This document shows, piece by piece, positions 1 through 18,172 of a DNA stretch of 64,000 nucleotides. A program made the position numbers and the translations under genes. The DNA lies in the NCBI GenBank assembly GCA_951406725.2, contig OX597831.1, positions 33,294,001-33,358,000 of the forward strand, read 5' to 3'. The notes under the pieces were generated by a model. It had not been told where the DNA came from. It made no database searches and saw only the letters and a list, made by a program, of their open reading frames with translations. Position 1 is the stretch's first letter. Each line of letters opens with the position of its first letter. This stretch comes from Octopus vulgaris. Taxonomy: Eukaryota.

Positions 1-725
1 TTCATGTTGCTCCAGTTCACTAAGGTGTAGAAATGAGTTGTGACGTCACTGGTGCCAAGCTATATCGGCCCCTTTGCCTTTCCCTTGGACAACATCAGTG
101 GCATGGGTGACTGATGATCTTGTATAAACAACCTCTCCCAGACTTGTGCCTCGGAGGGTAACTCTGTAAGTGCAAACACATGATCATTCATGACCGAAGG
201 GGGTCTTTACCGTTATATGTGTATATATATATATACATATATATATAGGTAGGTAAGTAGGTAGGTATGTAGGGAGGTAGGTAGGTAGGTAGGTAGGTAG
301 GTAGGTAGGTAGGTAGGTAGGTAGGTAGGTAGGTAGGTAGGTATAAAATATTTAACGTATGTGTATCGTGTAAAAAGCCAGAAGCTATAGTTTCCGATGT
401 GACAAAAATCCCTTTATATCTGTATTGTATTAAAAACGCTCTCGCGCCGGAAGAGATAGTGAGAGTGACAGATGCACATTTCGCCGTTGATGCGGTTAAT
501 CAGCATCACGGACTAACAGCGAAATGCATATATGTCATTCCCGCGGTCAATTCTGTAGCGATTTCATTTCGGCTACCAATGGAATATCTGTGTATGTATG
601 TATGTATGTATGTATGTATGTATGTATGTATGTATGTATGTATGTATTACTCTACCTCCGGTATTCGAGTACTATATTTTTCTACCTTCTTTCACATATA
701 TGTTATAATAATAGTAATAATAATC

Positions 726-2615
<1,890 letters not shown>

Positions 2616-2866
2616 CAAAGTCACCTTCTCTAGTCATACTGACTCATAAGGGCAGATTACCCGGTTTCCACGGCGTGTATATTCCCCACCTGGATGGGAT
2701 GCCAGTCCGTCGCAGAGTTACTCATTAGTGCCAGCTGAATAGACTGGAGCAATGTGAAATGAAGTGTTTTGCTGAAGAACACAACGCGTCTTGCCCAGTC
2801 CAGGAATTGAAACTGCAATCTTATGATGATGAGTGCAACACTCTAACCACTAAGCCACATGCCTCC

Positions 2867-2981
<115 letters not shown>

Positions 2982-3153
2982 ATCCAAACAAAGAAGAAAA
3001 AACCAAAACGCGAGGGCGTGGTACAAGTAATGTATTATCAGACGCTTAGGAAAGGAAAGAAAGAGGATTTAATGTTTCGAGCAAAGCGCTTCTTCAGAAA
3101 TAGAGGAAAGTCCAAAAGAAAGGAAAACTATACACACACGGTTACATCTTGAA

Positions 3154-3199
<46 letters not shown>

Positions 3200-3275
3200 T
3201 GACTAAGAGGTCCGCTCGAAACGTTAAACCCTCGCGTTGTTGTGTTTTCTCTTTGTGTTTTCATGTTTGGATTAA

Positions 3276-3355
<80 letters not shown>

Positions 3356-3472
3356 TGGCCTGCTCGCTTAGCCAGTGGGGAGGCGTCATTTGAAGGCTAA
3401 GACAATGCGAAGCGCATTGTGACCAGCGATGTGTAGTAACATCTGATAGCCTGGTCGGTCACGGTGATCACG

Positions 3473-3532
<60 letters not shown>

Positions 3533-3708
3533 CATATACTTTGAAATTGTATGGATAATACCAAACAAAGTTTTGGTGTCTCACCTTAAGTATCATTTTC
3601 ATCATATACATGTATAAGTGTATTCCTATATCTACACATATATATATATACATACGTATATATCCATAAATATATATACACATATATATGTGTGCGTGTG
3701 TGAGAGTG

Positions 3709-3760
<52 letters not shown>

Positions 3761-3872
3761 TATACGCACACATACACACACATATGTTGCTGTGATGGAA
3801 TTATTTAGTTGATGTCTCTTACAAGACTAATGCTGTTTCTTTTCTCCCCTGAGCTTGACTCTGTCTCTCTGA

Positions 3873-3918
<46 letters not shown>

Positions 3919-4299
3919 CTCTCTCCATCAGATGCGCGCGCGAATATGTGTACGTACATTTACACACATATATACTCACTTGATGTGGTCAAAGATTTTT
4001 CTAATGTATATATACGCTCATGATTACATACATGCATACATATATATACATACACATATACATAATACATATTGATACATAAGTACATACTTATACATAC
4101 ATATAGAAACATAGAAATATACACATACATAAATACATGTATATATATTTATATATATATACATGTGTGTGTGTGTGTGTGTGTGTTTATACAAACATGC
4201 ATAGCTTCCTCGTACAGAAACTCTCTCCCCACTTCTCTGTGAAACCCACTAATGTCAGATCTAATGATAAATGATAACACATCTAAGGTAGAGCTATGA

Positions 4300-4334
<35 letters not shown>

Positions 4335-4545
4335 GTGTGTGTGTATATATATATGTATATCTGTATGTATATGTATATATATGTGTGTGTGTGTGTATGT
4401 ATGTTTGAATATGTACATATGTATATTTGCATGCATGTATATGCATATATATATATTTTTATATGATATATATATATTTACATATATATATGTATGTATA
4501 TATATATATATATTGATATAATATATATATATATATGTGTGTTTG

Positions 4546-4615
<70 letters not shown>

Positions 4616-5145
4616 TGCGTGTGTGTGTGTGTGTGTATGTGTGTGTGTGTGTTTATTGCAGATTTCACATATATTCTCCTATATTCTTACAACTTATATT
4701 TTTCCTTATCGATTCACTTATATCGTATGATTTACGTTCATTTTTTTAAATTGTATTTTGAGATTTTTGAATTACTTTTTCTCATTCTTTCGTTTCTTTT
4801 CTCGCGTTTCATTTACTTAAAACCTCATTTTTCTGTTCTTTTCATATTTTGGGGATTTATTTACTGTTGTGTTATTGTTTTTTTTTCTTTCGACTCCTCT
4901 CCCTTTGTTTTTGTTTGTTTTTGTTTTTTGGGGTTTTTTTGGCTTTTTTCTTCCTTTATGAAAACCCCGCAGGAACTGTAAACTCTTCTTGTAATGTCAC
5001 TCCCATCTGGTACCCAAGTGGAAAATAAACGAAATTATCATCATCATCATCATCATCATCATCATTATCAAGGTCGATAAATTAAGTTCTATTTGCGTAC
5101 AGGGGTCGATGTAATCGACAATTCCCTTCCCCCAACTTTCAAGCC

Positions 5146-5199
<54 letters not shown>

Positions 5200-5224
5200 G
5201 TTATTATTATTATAATTATTATTA

Positions 5225-5289
<65 letters not shown>

Positions 5290-5828
5290 GAGTGAGAAAG
5301 CAGTGCATAGTATCAAAGTGACACTGGGATAAAATATACGAAGCCGAGTATACCTATCATGTCTACCCGTCTGGTAAGGGCACACTAGACACATGCATCA
5401 CAACCATATGTGCACGACATGATGATCTCTTATCAAGATAAACAGCACATGACCTTGCAGGTGGGGCCCTGTTAGAATTTTCTTCTGGTCGAGTAGCCCA
5501 TCTCGCTCAAAAGGTCTGCGAATAAGTGTTGTTTAAGGATGTTGAACGAAACACTCATGTTTCCAGAGGTGAATTATTCAAACCCCAAAGAATCCTTCTC
5601 AACACATGTCTATGATGCTCGTGATCAGAGATACACATATCGTCAGCCACTAAGGAACATGCTCAACTGATTAAGGTCAAACAACTGACAAGCAAATATG
5701 TGGTATTGAGCAGAATATTTGCTGTAGCCCATCTTTTATACCAAGAGAAACCAATGTACATGATAACACTTCCAATCAGTTAAGATCAGAAGCCACGAGA
5801 GCCACTGCCCGCTACTACCTCAGGGCAT
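5290..5828. repeat. Unclassified ~540-bp insert between two (TTA)n tracts, possibly a non-autonomous TAA-targeted retroposon
   Basis: Complex sequence sharply bounded by (TTA)n; no recognisable ORF. Confidence 0.4.
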
Positions 5829-5851
5829 TTATTATTATTATTATTATTATC

Positions 5852-5922
<71 letters not shown>

Positions 5923-5923
<1 letters not shown>

Positions 5924-6735
5924 GTCTTTGCACATCTTCTAACGCTGGAGATGTACTACGGGTGTCAGTTCTTCACTACCAGTTAAATAAAGTAGCATCT
6001 CTTATTTTTTCGAGTACTATCAGGAGTATCCGAGCGGTTCCAAGCGGTGCTGTTTTCTGCAAGTGCTCTACCCTTATTGCAGCTCCTATTTGTTCCACGT
6101 ACTTCTCAAAATTTTTACTCACTGTTCCCTGGGCTCCGACAATTATTGGTACTACTGCTACCTTTTTCATCGGCCACAACTGCTTAACTTCCCAAGCTAA
6201 CCTGTCATATCTATCAACTTTTCTTTCTTCCTTATCGCATACCTTGTCGTCAGCTGAGCATGCTATATCTATGATCCGGCATAGATTGCTTTCTTTCTCA
6301 ATTAAGACTATGTCTGGCTTCCTATTCTCTATCTCATAGTCGCACTGAATCATGAAATCTCATAGGATCTTTGCATCATCATTTTCGATGATGCCTTCGG
6401 GTTTGTAGTCAAGTCCATACTTGTTGCAAAGTTCCAATGGACAAGCCTGGTTATATTGTCGTGGCGTCTCATATTCCTTCTGGGCTAGTGGCGTACATTG
6501 ACTGGTAATATGCCATTTTGTCCACAGATTCTGCACTTATCACTTTAATGATGCGTTGTCTATTCTCTATTTTATGTAGTTTGTTCTTAATGCTTGCTCT
6601 TAGACAGCACAGATTAGAGCCTCCGTTTCCGGTTTTAAATGACTTTTAGTCATCCACAGCCATCTTTTTTCTCTGTCTTATCTTCAACTTCCCTATGAAA
6701 TTGACGATGCACTCTTCTCTTTACCCACCTGTTAT
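5923..6735 (-). mobile_element. Second family of R4/Dong-like element, degenerate 3' fragment
   Basis: WVKRRVHRQF, PETEALIC, CRIC, RKPDIVLIEK..IIDIAC, VVPIIVGA..LQKTAPLGTARIL; bounded by (TTA)n. Confidence 0.82.
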
Positions 6736-6742
6736 TATGATA

Positions 6743-6807
<65 letters not shown>

Positions 6808-6818
6808 CATCATCATCA

Positions 6819-6849
<31 letters not shown>

Positions 6850-6884
6850 CATCATCATCATTATTATTATTATTATTATTATTA

Positions 6885-6991
<107 letters not shown>

Positions 6992-6999
6992 CATCATCA

Positions 7000-7054
<55 letters not shown>

Positions 7055-7095
7055 CATCATCATTATTATTAATATTATTATTATCATCATCATCA

Positions 7096-7165
<70 letters not shown>

Positions 7166-7799
7166 GTCCTCAATGTCAGCCCCTCGTGGCCAATGAAAAA
7201 AAGATCATTATTGTTATTCAAGAGAGGGATGATTTTTTCTATTTTCTACGAACAAAACTATTAAACATAATTTTATTTTATTTCGTTGGTATATTTTTTT
7301 GCCTCCATCTCTTCCCCTCCCCCACCCACACTCTTTCCACTTCCTCTCAAAACTAATCGAAATTTGATTACAAAACGAATTCTTTTGTTTTATCTCCATT
7401 TGATCTTTCTAATCCATCAGACTATCTAGATTTTCTGTGTTTATGTCTTAGCTTCCTACATAACAATAATAATAATAATAACAACAATAATAATAATAAT
7501 CCTTTCTACTATAGGCACAAAGCCAGCAATTTCGGGGTGGGGAGGGAACTTGTCGATTACTTCAATCCCAATACTCAACTGGTAATTAATTTATCGACCC
7601 CCCGAAAAGATGAAAGGCGAAGTCGACCTCGGCGGAATCATAATAATAATTATTATTATCATTTCAAATGTTACCACAAGGGCAGCTTCGGGGAGGTGGG
7701 AATGAGTCGATTTCATCGACCCCAGTGTGTAACTGGTATTTATTTAATCGACCCCGAAAGGATGAAAGATAAAGCTGACCTCGGTGGAATTTAATAATT

Positions 7800-7857
<58 letters not shown>

Positions 7858-7894
7858 TGATGATGATGATGATGATGATGATAATAATAAAAAC

Positions 7895-7959
<65 letters not shown>

Positions 7960-8625
7960 TGATTATAATTATAATAAAGGCAATACATAATATCATATAT
8001 TCATATATTTTGTATAGCATGATATGCGCAGGAGTGGCCGGATGGTAAGAAGCCTACTTCCCAACCACATAGTACCGGGTTCAGTCCCACTACGTGAAAC
8101 CTTGGGCAAGCGCCTTCATTATAGCCTCAGGCTGACCAAAAACTTTTGAATGGATTTGGTAGACGGAAACTAGTAGAAACCTGTCATTTGTGTATATGTG
8201 TGTGTGTGTGTGTGTGTCGTGTATCCACGTATATGTATGTATTTATGTGTGCATGTGTAAGTCTGTGTGTGTGTGTGTGCGTGTGCGCGCGTGTGTTTAC
8301 TTTTATTCTCAAGCACCACTTGACAACCTGTGTTTCTTTGTTTACGTCCCTATACCTTAACAGTTCGTTAAAAAAAAGACCGACAGAATAACTGCTGTAG
8401 ATTTCTTCGTTTAAACCTTCAAGGCGATGCTCCAGCATAGCCGTTGTCCAATGATTGAAACAAGTAAAAGGTAAACGATATGTATACTTTTCCCTCATTT
8501 CGCCCATTTTTTCCCCTCATCTTTAATGCAAACCCCCAAACAAACTGTAAACTGTTCGACTTGTAATGTCACCCTCAACTGATGCCCCTGTGGGAAATGA
8601 CAGAAACCGTTGTTGTTGTTTTCCT

Positions 8626-8850
8626 AAGGCGGTGAGCTGACAGAATCGTTAGCATGCCGGGCAAAATGCTTCGTGGAATCTCGTCTGCCTTTACGTTCTG
8701 AGTTCAAATTCCGCCGAGGTTGACTTTGCCTTTCATCCTTTCGGGATCGATTAATTAAGTACCAAGTGCGTACTGGGGTCGGTGTAATCCACTAGTCTCC
8801 TCCCTCAAAATTTCAGACCTTATGCCTTTAGTAGAAAGGATAGTTATTAT
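8626..8850 (+). mobile_element. tRNA-like SINE (family A) with (ATT)n tail
   Basis: ggcggtgagctg.cagaatcgttagc..gagttcaaattccgccgagg..gactttgcctttcatcctttcggg; many copies (e.g. 7500-7800, 9478, 15820, 20740, 38850, 59530-59975, 61885). Confidence 0.8.
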
Positions 8851-9879
8851 TGTCTTCTTCTTCTTCTTCTTCTTCTTCTTCTTCTTCTTCTTCTTCTTCT
8901 TCTTCTTCTTCTTCTTCTTCTTCTTCTTCTTCTTCTTCTTCTTCTTCTTCTTCTTTTTCTTCTTCTTCTTTTTCTTCCAATCAGGACTCAAGCCATTAGC
9001 CACAAAGAATAATCTCTAATTCGAGCCTACTCTAAGCTACTAAGAATGCATGTGGCAACTTGAATATCGACCCACCACACGCGATAGACTGGCGGTTGCA
9101 CGGGCACAAAAGCTACGTTGTTATCCTCATTCCGTAAACAGTGGCTTTTAACGGGTGGAGAGCTGAACCATCCTGGGGTACAGAGGATTCGCAATCTAGA
9201 CTAGGGTCTGAAAGTTTACCACACCATAGTGTGTTACACCATGGTTCTTCTGCTTTGTGGCAGAAGTAGGAAGAAAGAGTGAGAGAAAGTTGTGGTGAAA
9301 GAGTACAGCGGGGTTTACCCCCATCCCACCCCCGCCGGAGCCTCGTGGAGCTTAGGCTTTTTTTTATCAATGAACACTCACAATGCCCAGTCTGGGAATC
9401 GAAACCGCGTTCTTATGACCGCAAGTCAGCTGCCCTAGCCACTGGGCCATTGCGCCTTCACCGTTGTTGTTGTTGAGTCGGTGAGCTGGCAGAATCGTTA
9501 ACGCGAGTAGCAAAGTGCTTCGCGGTATTTCGTTTTTATGTTCTGAGTTCAAATTCCGCCGAGGTCGACTTTAGCTTTCATCCTTGTTGGGGTTCGATAA
9601 AGTGAGTACCAGTTGAGTTCTGGGGTCGAATTGATTGGCTTACGCCCTGCGCGCTCCGAACTTGCCGACCTGGTTCCAAAATCTGAAATCATCGTTATAA
9701 ATTAAATTGATTTCTCAGAACATCAGTTATACAAACACATATGCATGCGCATGCGCACATATCGTACGTATACGTACACATACATGCAACACCCATATAA
9801 ACAAACATATCTCTCTATCATATGAACACGCAAATATGCACACATATTCACATATACATACACGCGTAAATACATACAT

Positions 9880-9899
9880 ACATACATATATACATAAAT

Positions 9900-9960
<61 letters not shown>

Positions 9961-10023
9961 AGCAAATGTTTTTAAGCGTTTATATGTGTGTATGTTCGTG
10001 TATATATACGTATATATACATAA

Positions 10024-10094
<71 letters not shown>

Positions 10095-10153
10095 CATATG
10101 TACACATATTCATATATATATATATATATGTACATGTATATTATAAATATGAA

Positions 10154-10187
<34 letters not shown>

Positions 10188-10836
10188 ACTGATTTTACAA
10201 ACGATCGGAATAGTTCAAGATGTAAAGCAGAACACATCTACTGAGGGGGTGGGGGCGCAATGTGGGAGCGGGTGTACATGTATAAACCTTCAGATGCATA
10301 TCCGTGTATTTATCATTTCTACATATTCATATGTATATATATATATTTCAATACGTATATTCAAATATTTATACACACACATATATATATGTATATATAC
10401 ATATATATATACACACAAATATATATATGTATATATATTTATATATATATACATATACATATATGTATATATACACATACATATATATGTATATATATAC
10501 ATATATATATATACATATATATATGTATATATATATGTATATATGTATATATACATATATATATGAATATATATATGTATATATATATATATATGTATAT
10601 AAATACATATATCTATATCTATATATATACATATATATAACTATATATATACATATACATATATATATATATATGTATATATAAATATATATATATATAC
10701 ATATATATGCATATACATATATATGCGTATATATATATGTGTATATATATATGTATATATATATGTATATACATATATATATATGTATATATATATGTAT
10801 ATACATATATATATATATGCATATATATGTATATAA

Positions 10837-10877
<41 letters not shown>

Positions 10878-11025
10878 TATATACATACATATACACATAA
10901 ATATGTATATATACATATATATATTTACATATACATATCTATGTATATATGTACCTCATATATGTACATATATATATATACATATATATATATATGTGTG
11001 TGTGTATATATAAATTTGAATATAT
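9880..11025. repeat. Compound (TA)n/(TATG)n low-complexity region
   Basis: Direct reading; explains the YIYI/VCVC ORFs. Confidence 0.9.
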
Positions 11026-11596
11026 AGAAACTCACATAGAAATTAGAGATAGACAGATGATACAAATTATATATTATATATGTGTTTGTATAGATAGAGA
11101 CAGACAGGTAGATTGATAGACAGGTATACAGACAGGTAGATAAATAGACATTTCCATCGATAAAAGACGATGTTATTCCGATGTGAGTGAGGTGTGATAC
11201 AAGTCAAAATGCTTGCTATCTTCCTGCACCATTTTTTGTTTTGATTTTTGGTTGATCACTTACGGAATTGATAGAGATCTCTTACTCTTTAAAAGTGCTG
11301 TCGACTTTGGGAATCATCGGAAGAACACCTCATTGGCATCGTTGTGTTTTATCTTTATCACCTTGTTAGGATTCTGTGAGAGGGACGAGGAGGAGGAGCA
11401 GGAGGAGCAGGAGGAGCAGGAGGAGGAGGAGGAGCAGGAGTAGGGTTGGAGGAGGAGGAGGAAGAAGAAAAAAAAGGATCGGAGGAAATAGGGGCGAAGT
11501 AGTTCGGTATTTGAAGAGGGGAAGGTTGTAAGAATTTTGGTGTAGGAAGATTTACAAGAAAGATAACAGATCAACCAGATTCTCCTCACCTGTATA

Positions 11597-11681
<85 letters not shown>

Positions 11682-11842
11682 ACACACATGCACGTATCCA
11701 TACACAAGTTGAAGGAAAATACTCGCTTATGCACACAGTATGAAAATTCGTCCTCGCAAATACACATTAGTCATAGATATATGTATAACTATGAACATGT
11801 ATATTAATGTCTGTGTGTATATATATATATATATGTATGTAT

Positions 11843-11876
<34 letters not shown>

Positions 11877-11996
11877 ATTTACATATACACACACATTTAC
11901 ATATACATATATATATGTATCTGTGTGTGTAATCTGTTTGTATGTATACGTATATATTTACATAAACATATCTTTATATACATATATATATATATG

Positions 11997-12098
<102 letters not shown>

Positions 12099-12206
12099 TG
12101 ATACAATATCTAATTATACACTCCATTCTAAAGGTTTTAGGTTGCTCCTTTTGAATTGTTGATCCACTGTTGGTATGACTGTTTCAGTATCTATCCATCC
12201 ATCATC

Positions 12207-12266
<60 letters not shown>

Positions 12267-13593
12267 TACATGCACACATACATACACACAGTGGGACATG
12301 TCGTGTTTCTGAAAACTGGGTGAATTCGTTTAAAAGTACAGCAATGAGCTTCAGTAACCAGAAAAAAAAATCGGCAGAGCAGTTGGAGGTTTTCTGGATT
12401 AAGTCTCGTTGTATTAAAACTCGGTGAAACTTCATAATAATTCAGGTTTTCCTCGTTTGGCTGCAAGACTATACTGCAGTCTGCATCAGCAAAGATTTCC
12501 TCATCTCTGTTTAACCCTACCAATATAGCAATTTCACAAAATATACAAAAAAATGCATTACTGCGTTGGATTCTGCGAGTATGTTCGATAAAGTAAATAT
12601 TTAGAGATTTATGCCATGTGAAAATATTGAATAAAAGTATTTCCAGGTCCAGAAAGAAATGTATTATCGTGTATACATACATACTTGTATACGTTCATAC
12701 ATGTAGCTCTCGCTGGCTGTCGCTACTGGTGCGAGGGCGCATTTTCATCTCTCTTTGATATTTATTATGTCTTTAACACAGCTAGTTCATAAGAGACGTT
12801 ACCTCAGGACAAATACTCAGTAAATCGCTTATTGACTGTGTGTATACATTAAACATGATATGTAGATGACTATTTAAATTGAATTTTGTCTCAATTACCT
12901 ATACCGGATTTTTAATCAACCGAACGGTTCTTTGCAACATCAGTGAATGTGTAATTCACTTTTTCCTATATCAGAGATAACGAATTCCTATACCTGAGCA
13001 TGTCGCTTCGTTGAAGAGGCTCAAAGGAGTCGAAATACATCCTTTGTTCTCACTGGCTGCTGCTGTTGGGACGATTTTTCGTCTCTCTCTCTCTCTTTAA
13101 CTCTCTCTCTCTCTCCTCTCTCTCTTTCCCTCTTTCTCTCACAGACACAAGCTATCTCTCACTGCCACTCTGATATTGTTTTAACACAGCATGTCCATAA
13201 GAGATGTTATTTCAGGATAAATATTGCCTATGGAAAGTGTACATACATTAAGTATAATATATAAAGGGTTGTGTGTGTGTTGAAAGGTAGAAAGATAGAT
13301 AGATATACAATGTATATCTATCTATCCATGTTGGACCGCTGAACTTTACACGTTTTTTTCCATTCTCTGTTCATTTTCTTTCATTCCTTTCTATTGAAGA
13401 GCGTAGGCTCGAAACGTAAAATACTTTTTCATTTTTCCTGAGCGTCAAACCAATACACTTGCTTGTTGTTCTTACACTTGTCTTCGTCTTTTGTTTTTTC
13501 TATAAATTTCTTCTAGAATCTATATACAAATGGGCATATATATATATATTTATGTGTATTGTGTTATAAATAATATATATGTGTGTGTTATAC

Positions 13594-13766
<173 letters not shown>

Positions 13767-14103
13767 CGTGTGTGTGTACGTGTGTGTGTGTGTGTGTGTA
13801 TGCATGTATATGTATATATTTTCACATACACATCTACACATACGTATTAGTATATATACGCATTTACATACACTCGGTTAGTTATGCAGGGAATACAACT
13901 GACCCGTAATTGAGAGACTGGTATGGTTAATGTATAAAACATCCATCACTCATCAATATTTGACGCTACTCGAAGAATAACGGTGATTAACCAACCATAT
14001 TGTCAGTTGTGTTGTATTGTTCCAGATCTTAGGCAACCAGTATTATCACCATCACCATCATCATCATCATCATCATAATCATCATTGTCATCACCATCAT
14101 CAT

Positions 14104-14135
<32 letters not shown>

Positions 14136-14202
14136 CCATCATCATCATCATAATCATCATTGTCATCACCATCATCAAAATCATCATCATCATCATAATC
14201 AT

Positions 14203-14255
<53 letters not shown>

Positions 14256-14256
14256 C

Positions 14257-14296
<40 letters not shown>

Positions 14297-15024
14297 GCCA
14301 CCACCATCATTTACAGCATCACCATCCTACCTCTATCGCCACTATCACCATCATCACCACCACCACCACCACTGGTGTCATCATTATCATCATCTCTATG
14401 TCTATCTAGTTGGTCTCGTCGGTGATGACCAATGTCCGACGATGTGCCCATCCCATGAAACCTTATAGTTTCTTCATCCCTTTCGCCACCCCACCCCCCA
14501 TACCATCTCCCAACATCATCTCCAATTTATCCCCCTTTGAACTGTGTTAATCCTGTACGTTTGCTGTCGTCTTCCTTGTCTCTAATCTTCTTTAAACATT
14601 ATGAAGGTGGCGTATGCAGGAATATTTTTCTTTGGTGGTGGTGGTGGTAATTCAATATTTTTCTTTGGTGGTGGTGTTTGGTAATTCAAAGCCCCATCTT
14701 TGTCACATTTTGTGTCACTCTAAATCTCTCCGAGGACCACGCTAAAAGTATCCATGTCTGTGAAGTACTCAGCCACTTGCATGTTCATTTCACGAACAGT
14801 CTGTTCCGTTGATCGGATCAACTGGAACCCGCGTCGTCGTAACCAACGGAGAGACGGGCAGACGGCTGGAGCACCGTCGAGCAAATCGACCCCAAGACTT
14901 ATTCTTTGTAAGCCTAGTACTTATTCTATCGGTCTTTTTGCCGAACCGCTAAGTTACGGGGGCGTAAACACACCAGCATCGGTTGTTAACTGATGTTGGG
15001 GGGAGGGATAAATTCAGACACACA

Positions 15025-15056
<32 letters not shown>

Positions 15057-15237
15057 CGACGGACTTCTTTCAGTTTCCGTCTACCAAATCCACTCACAAT
15101 GCTTTGGTCGGCCAGAGGCTATAGCGGAAGACACTTGCCCAAGTTGCCGCGTAGTGGGACTGAACTCGGAACCATGTGGCTGGTAAGCAAGCTCCTTTCC
15201 ATACAACCACTCTTGCACCTATGTATATATATATATG

Positions 15238-15268
<31 letters not shown>

Positions 15269-16522
15269 GCTTTCAGATTCTTTGTGGCCACATTTCCATT
15301 TCAGTCACATGACTTATCAATATTTGTGAAAAATTCTCTCAGCTTATGGTCTTTTTCGACAATATCTGGTCGGTCCTATGCAGGGACGGTGCTATGAAGT
15401 GTGGGGCCCAGTTCGAGAATTGTCAGTGGAGACCCTCTACTCTACAAAAGCTGGAGATTGATGTCTTATGCTTCGTGTAGTCTAAAAGTGTCGAGGACTT
15501 GAGGCTCCATCATTGGCCACAATGATATACTAAAAATTCATCATAGCGTCCTCCACTAGAGCGTGTGCGCGGGGCCCTCTCTTGATGCGTGGCCCAATTG
15601 GAACAAAATCTATGTAATTGGTTTAAAACCGATCCTGGCTCTGTTTACATCCGGATACCACAAAAGCGTCCACACAATATGTTGTCTCTACATATCTTGA
15701 AAGAGATAACGATGGAAGATACATGGAGTGGCACTAAAAGGCTAGAAATGACAACCAATCCGCCTTCAAATCGCACCTTATTAGTTAAAAGATACTAGGG
15801 TAATATACTGATATGAAAATTTTGGCACAAGGCCAGCAACTTCGGGGGAGGGGTTAAGTCTATTGCATCAGGTACTTGTTTTATCGACCCTGAAAGGATG
15901 AATGGCAAAGTCGACTTCGATGGAATTTGAACTCAGAACCTAAAGCCGGACGAAATACCGCTAAGCACAGTGCCTTGTGTGCTAACGATTCTGCCATCTC
16001 GCCGCCTTAGAGGAGGGTGACGTTAGATAAGGAAATAGTTTATTGCAAAACCTTTCAAGTGAATGAAGCAAGGAAAGAATAAGAAATAAAGGAATGAAGG
16101 AAGAAAGGAAGGAAGGGCGGAAAGAAAGAAGGAAGGAAGGAAGGAAGTTAGCGGAGAAGGAAAAAAAATCTGTGAAAAATAAAGTGACATGAATTATTGA
16201 AGTGAATGAAATATTGTAGAGGAACGAACGATTTGAAACAAGAATAACCATCATCATCATCATCATCATCACTACCACCACCATCACCACCATCACCACC
16301 ACCACCACCACCACCATCACCACCATCATCACCACCATCACCATCATCATCATCGCCGTCATGACAGTCGTTGTCGTCATCCACATCGCCATCGTCACCA
16401 TCATCATCATCATCACCATCATCATCAACGTCGTTGTCATCATCATCGCTCGTCGTCGTCGTTATCATCATCCTCACCCTCTCTTTCCCCTCCTCCTCCT
16501 CACCATCATCATCATCGTTATT

Positions 16523-16580
<58 letters not shown>

Positions 16581-17345
16581 GCAGTGGTAGCAGATTTAAC
16601 TGTTGTTTCTAGCTCTGCATAAAGGATCACAGACCGGTGGGGCGGTGTGGTATAGTGATTGTCGAGTGGGGGCGTGGTGTGCCGCAGTGTAAGCGGTGAG
16701 GTGTGGAGCGGAACGTTGCGGCAGTTGTGTGGCGACGGAGAAGATTTGACAGTGATAAGTGGTGATTATTAACAGCATTTCAACCGTTTAAAACGTTTTA
16801 AATAAAACGCCATTAATAGAAGAGGGTGGCGGCAACGGCGGTGTTGGTGTTGGTGGTGGTGGTGGTGGCGGCAACGGCGGTGTTGGTGTTGGTGGTGGTG
16901 GTGGTGGTGGTGGTGTTGGTGGTGGTGGTGGTGGTGGTGGTGGTGGTGGTGGTGGTGGTGGTGGTGGTGGTGGTGGTGATGATGATGATGATGATGATGA
17001 TGATGGTGAGGATAATGATGATGGTGGTGCTGGTGATGGCGGTGATGATGGTGATGATGATGATGATGATATTGACGACGACGACGACGATGATGATGAT
17101 GTCATAAGGATTAAACTGTATAATGTGAAACTGGTTGATTGGAAATTAAGTTTGAACGCAAAAATCTGCGTGTGTGTGTGTGCATTTATTACTAGCAACG
17201 GGAAGTGTATTAGTTCAAAACAGCATTTTGTATACCATACTTAATGCAAATATTCTCTGGAAAACCTGGATACTGCGGTATTCGTCTCGTGGAAGCATCT
17301 CCAACAGATGTATAGAGTTGAAAATACAGAAACATATACACACAC

Positions 17346-17413
<68 letters not shown>

Positions 17414-17696
17414 TAACACACGTACACACATACGCTTGTGTACAGACAGACAGATAGGCAGACAAGCATAGAGACATACATATAAACCTACATACATACA
17501 TGCATACATACATACATATTTGTGTGCATATGTGTGTGTATGTTTGTGTATATGTTTGTGCATGTCTGTGTGTATGTGAGTGTGTGTTTAAAAAAGGCAA
17601 ATTTAAACCATCGCCTACGTTTGCTGTAAAGCGTACATACATAAATACACACATACATACATATATACATACATGCATACATGCATAGATACATAC

Positions 17697-17812
<116 letters not shown>

Positions 17813-18087
17813 AATATATATTGATATATTCATACACACATACACACATATGTACATACATATGTGTGTGTGTGTAGGTGGGGAAGGGTGAGTGAACTTA
17901 AAACCAAACCCAAGAACCCATTAAAATAAATGATTGTTCCTCATTCTGTGGCAGTGGAGATGTCAAAGAACGATGCCAAAGCGAAACTAGGTACCATTAC
18001 ACCATTATTCATAAGACACTCGCTCTGAAATTAAATTAATGGTGAATAAATACAATAAAAATAGAAAAAATTATATATGTATGTATG

Positions 18088-18172
<85 letters not shown>

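Noticed and set aside
12191-12682. 163-aa minus-strand ORF as a host exon
   Set aside because: No recognisable motif, ends lie in microsatellite, no partner exons; left unassigned.
16788-17198. Formin/WASP-like polyproline ORF
   Set aside because: Explained by (GGT)n/(GAT)n tracts; no adjacent folded domain.
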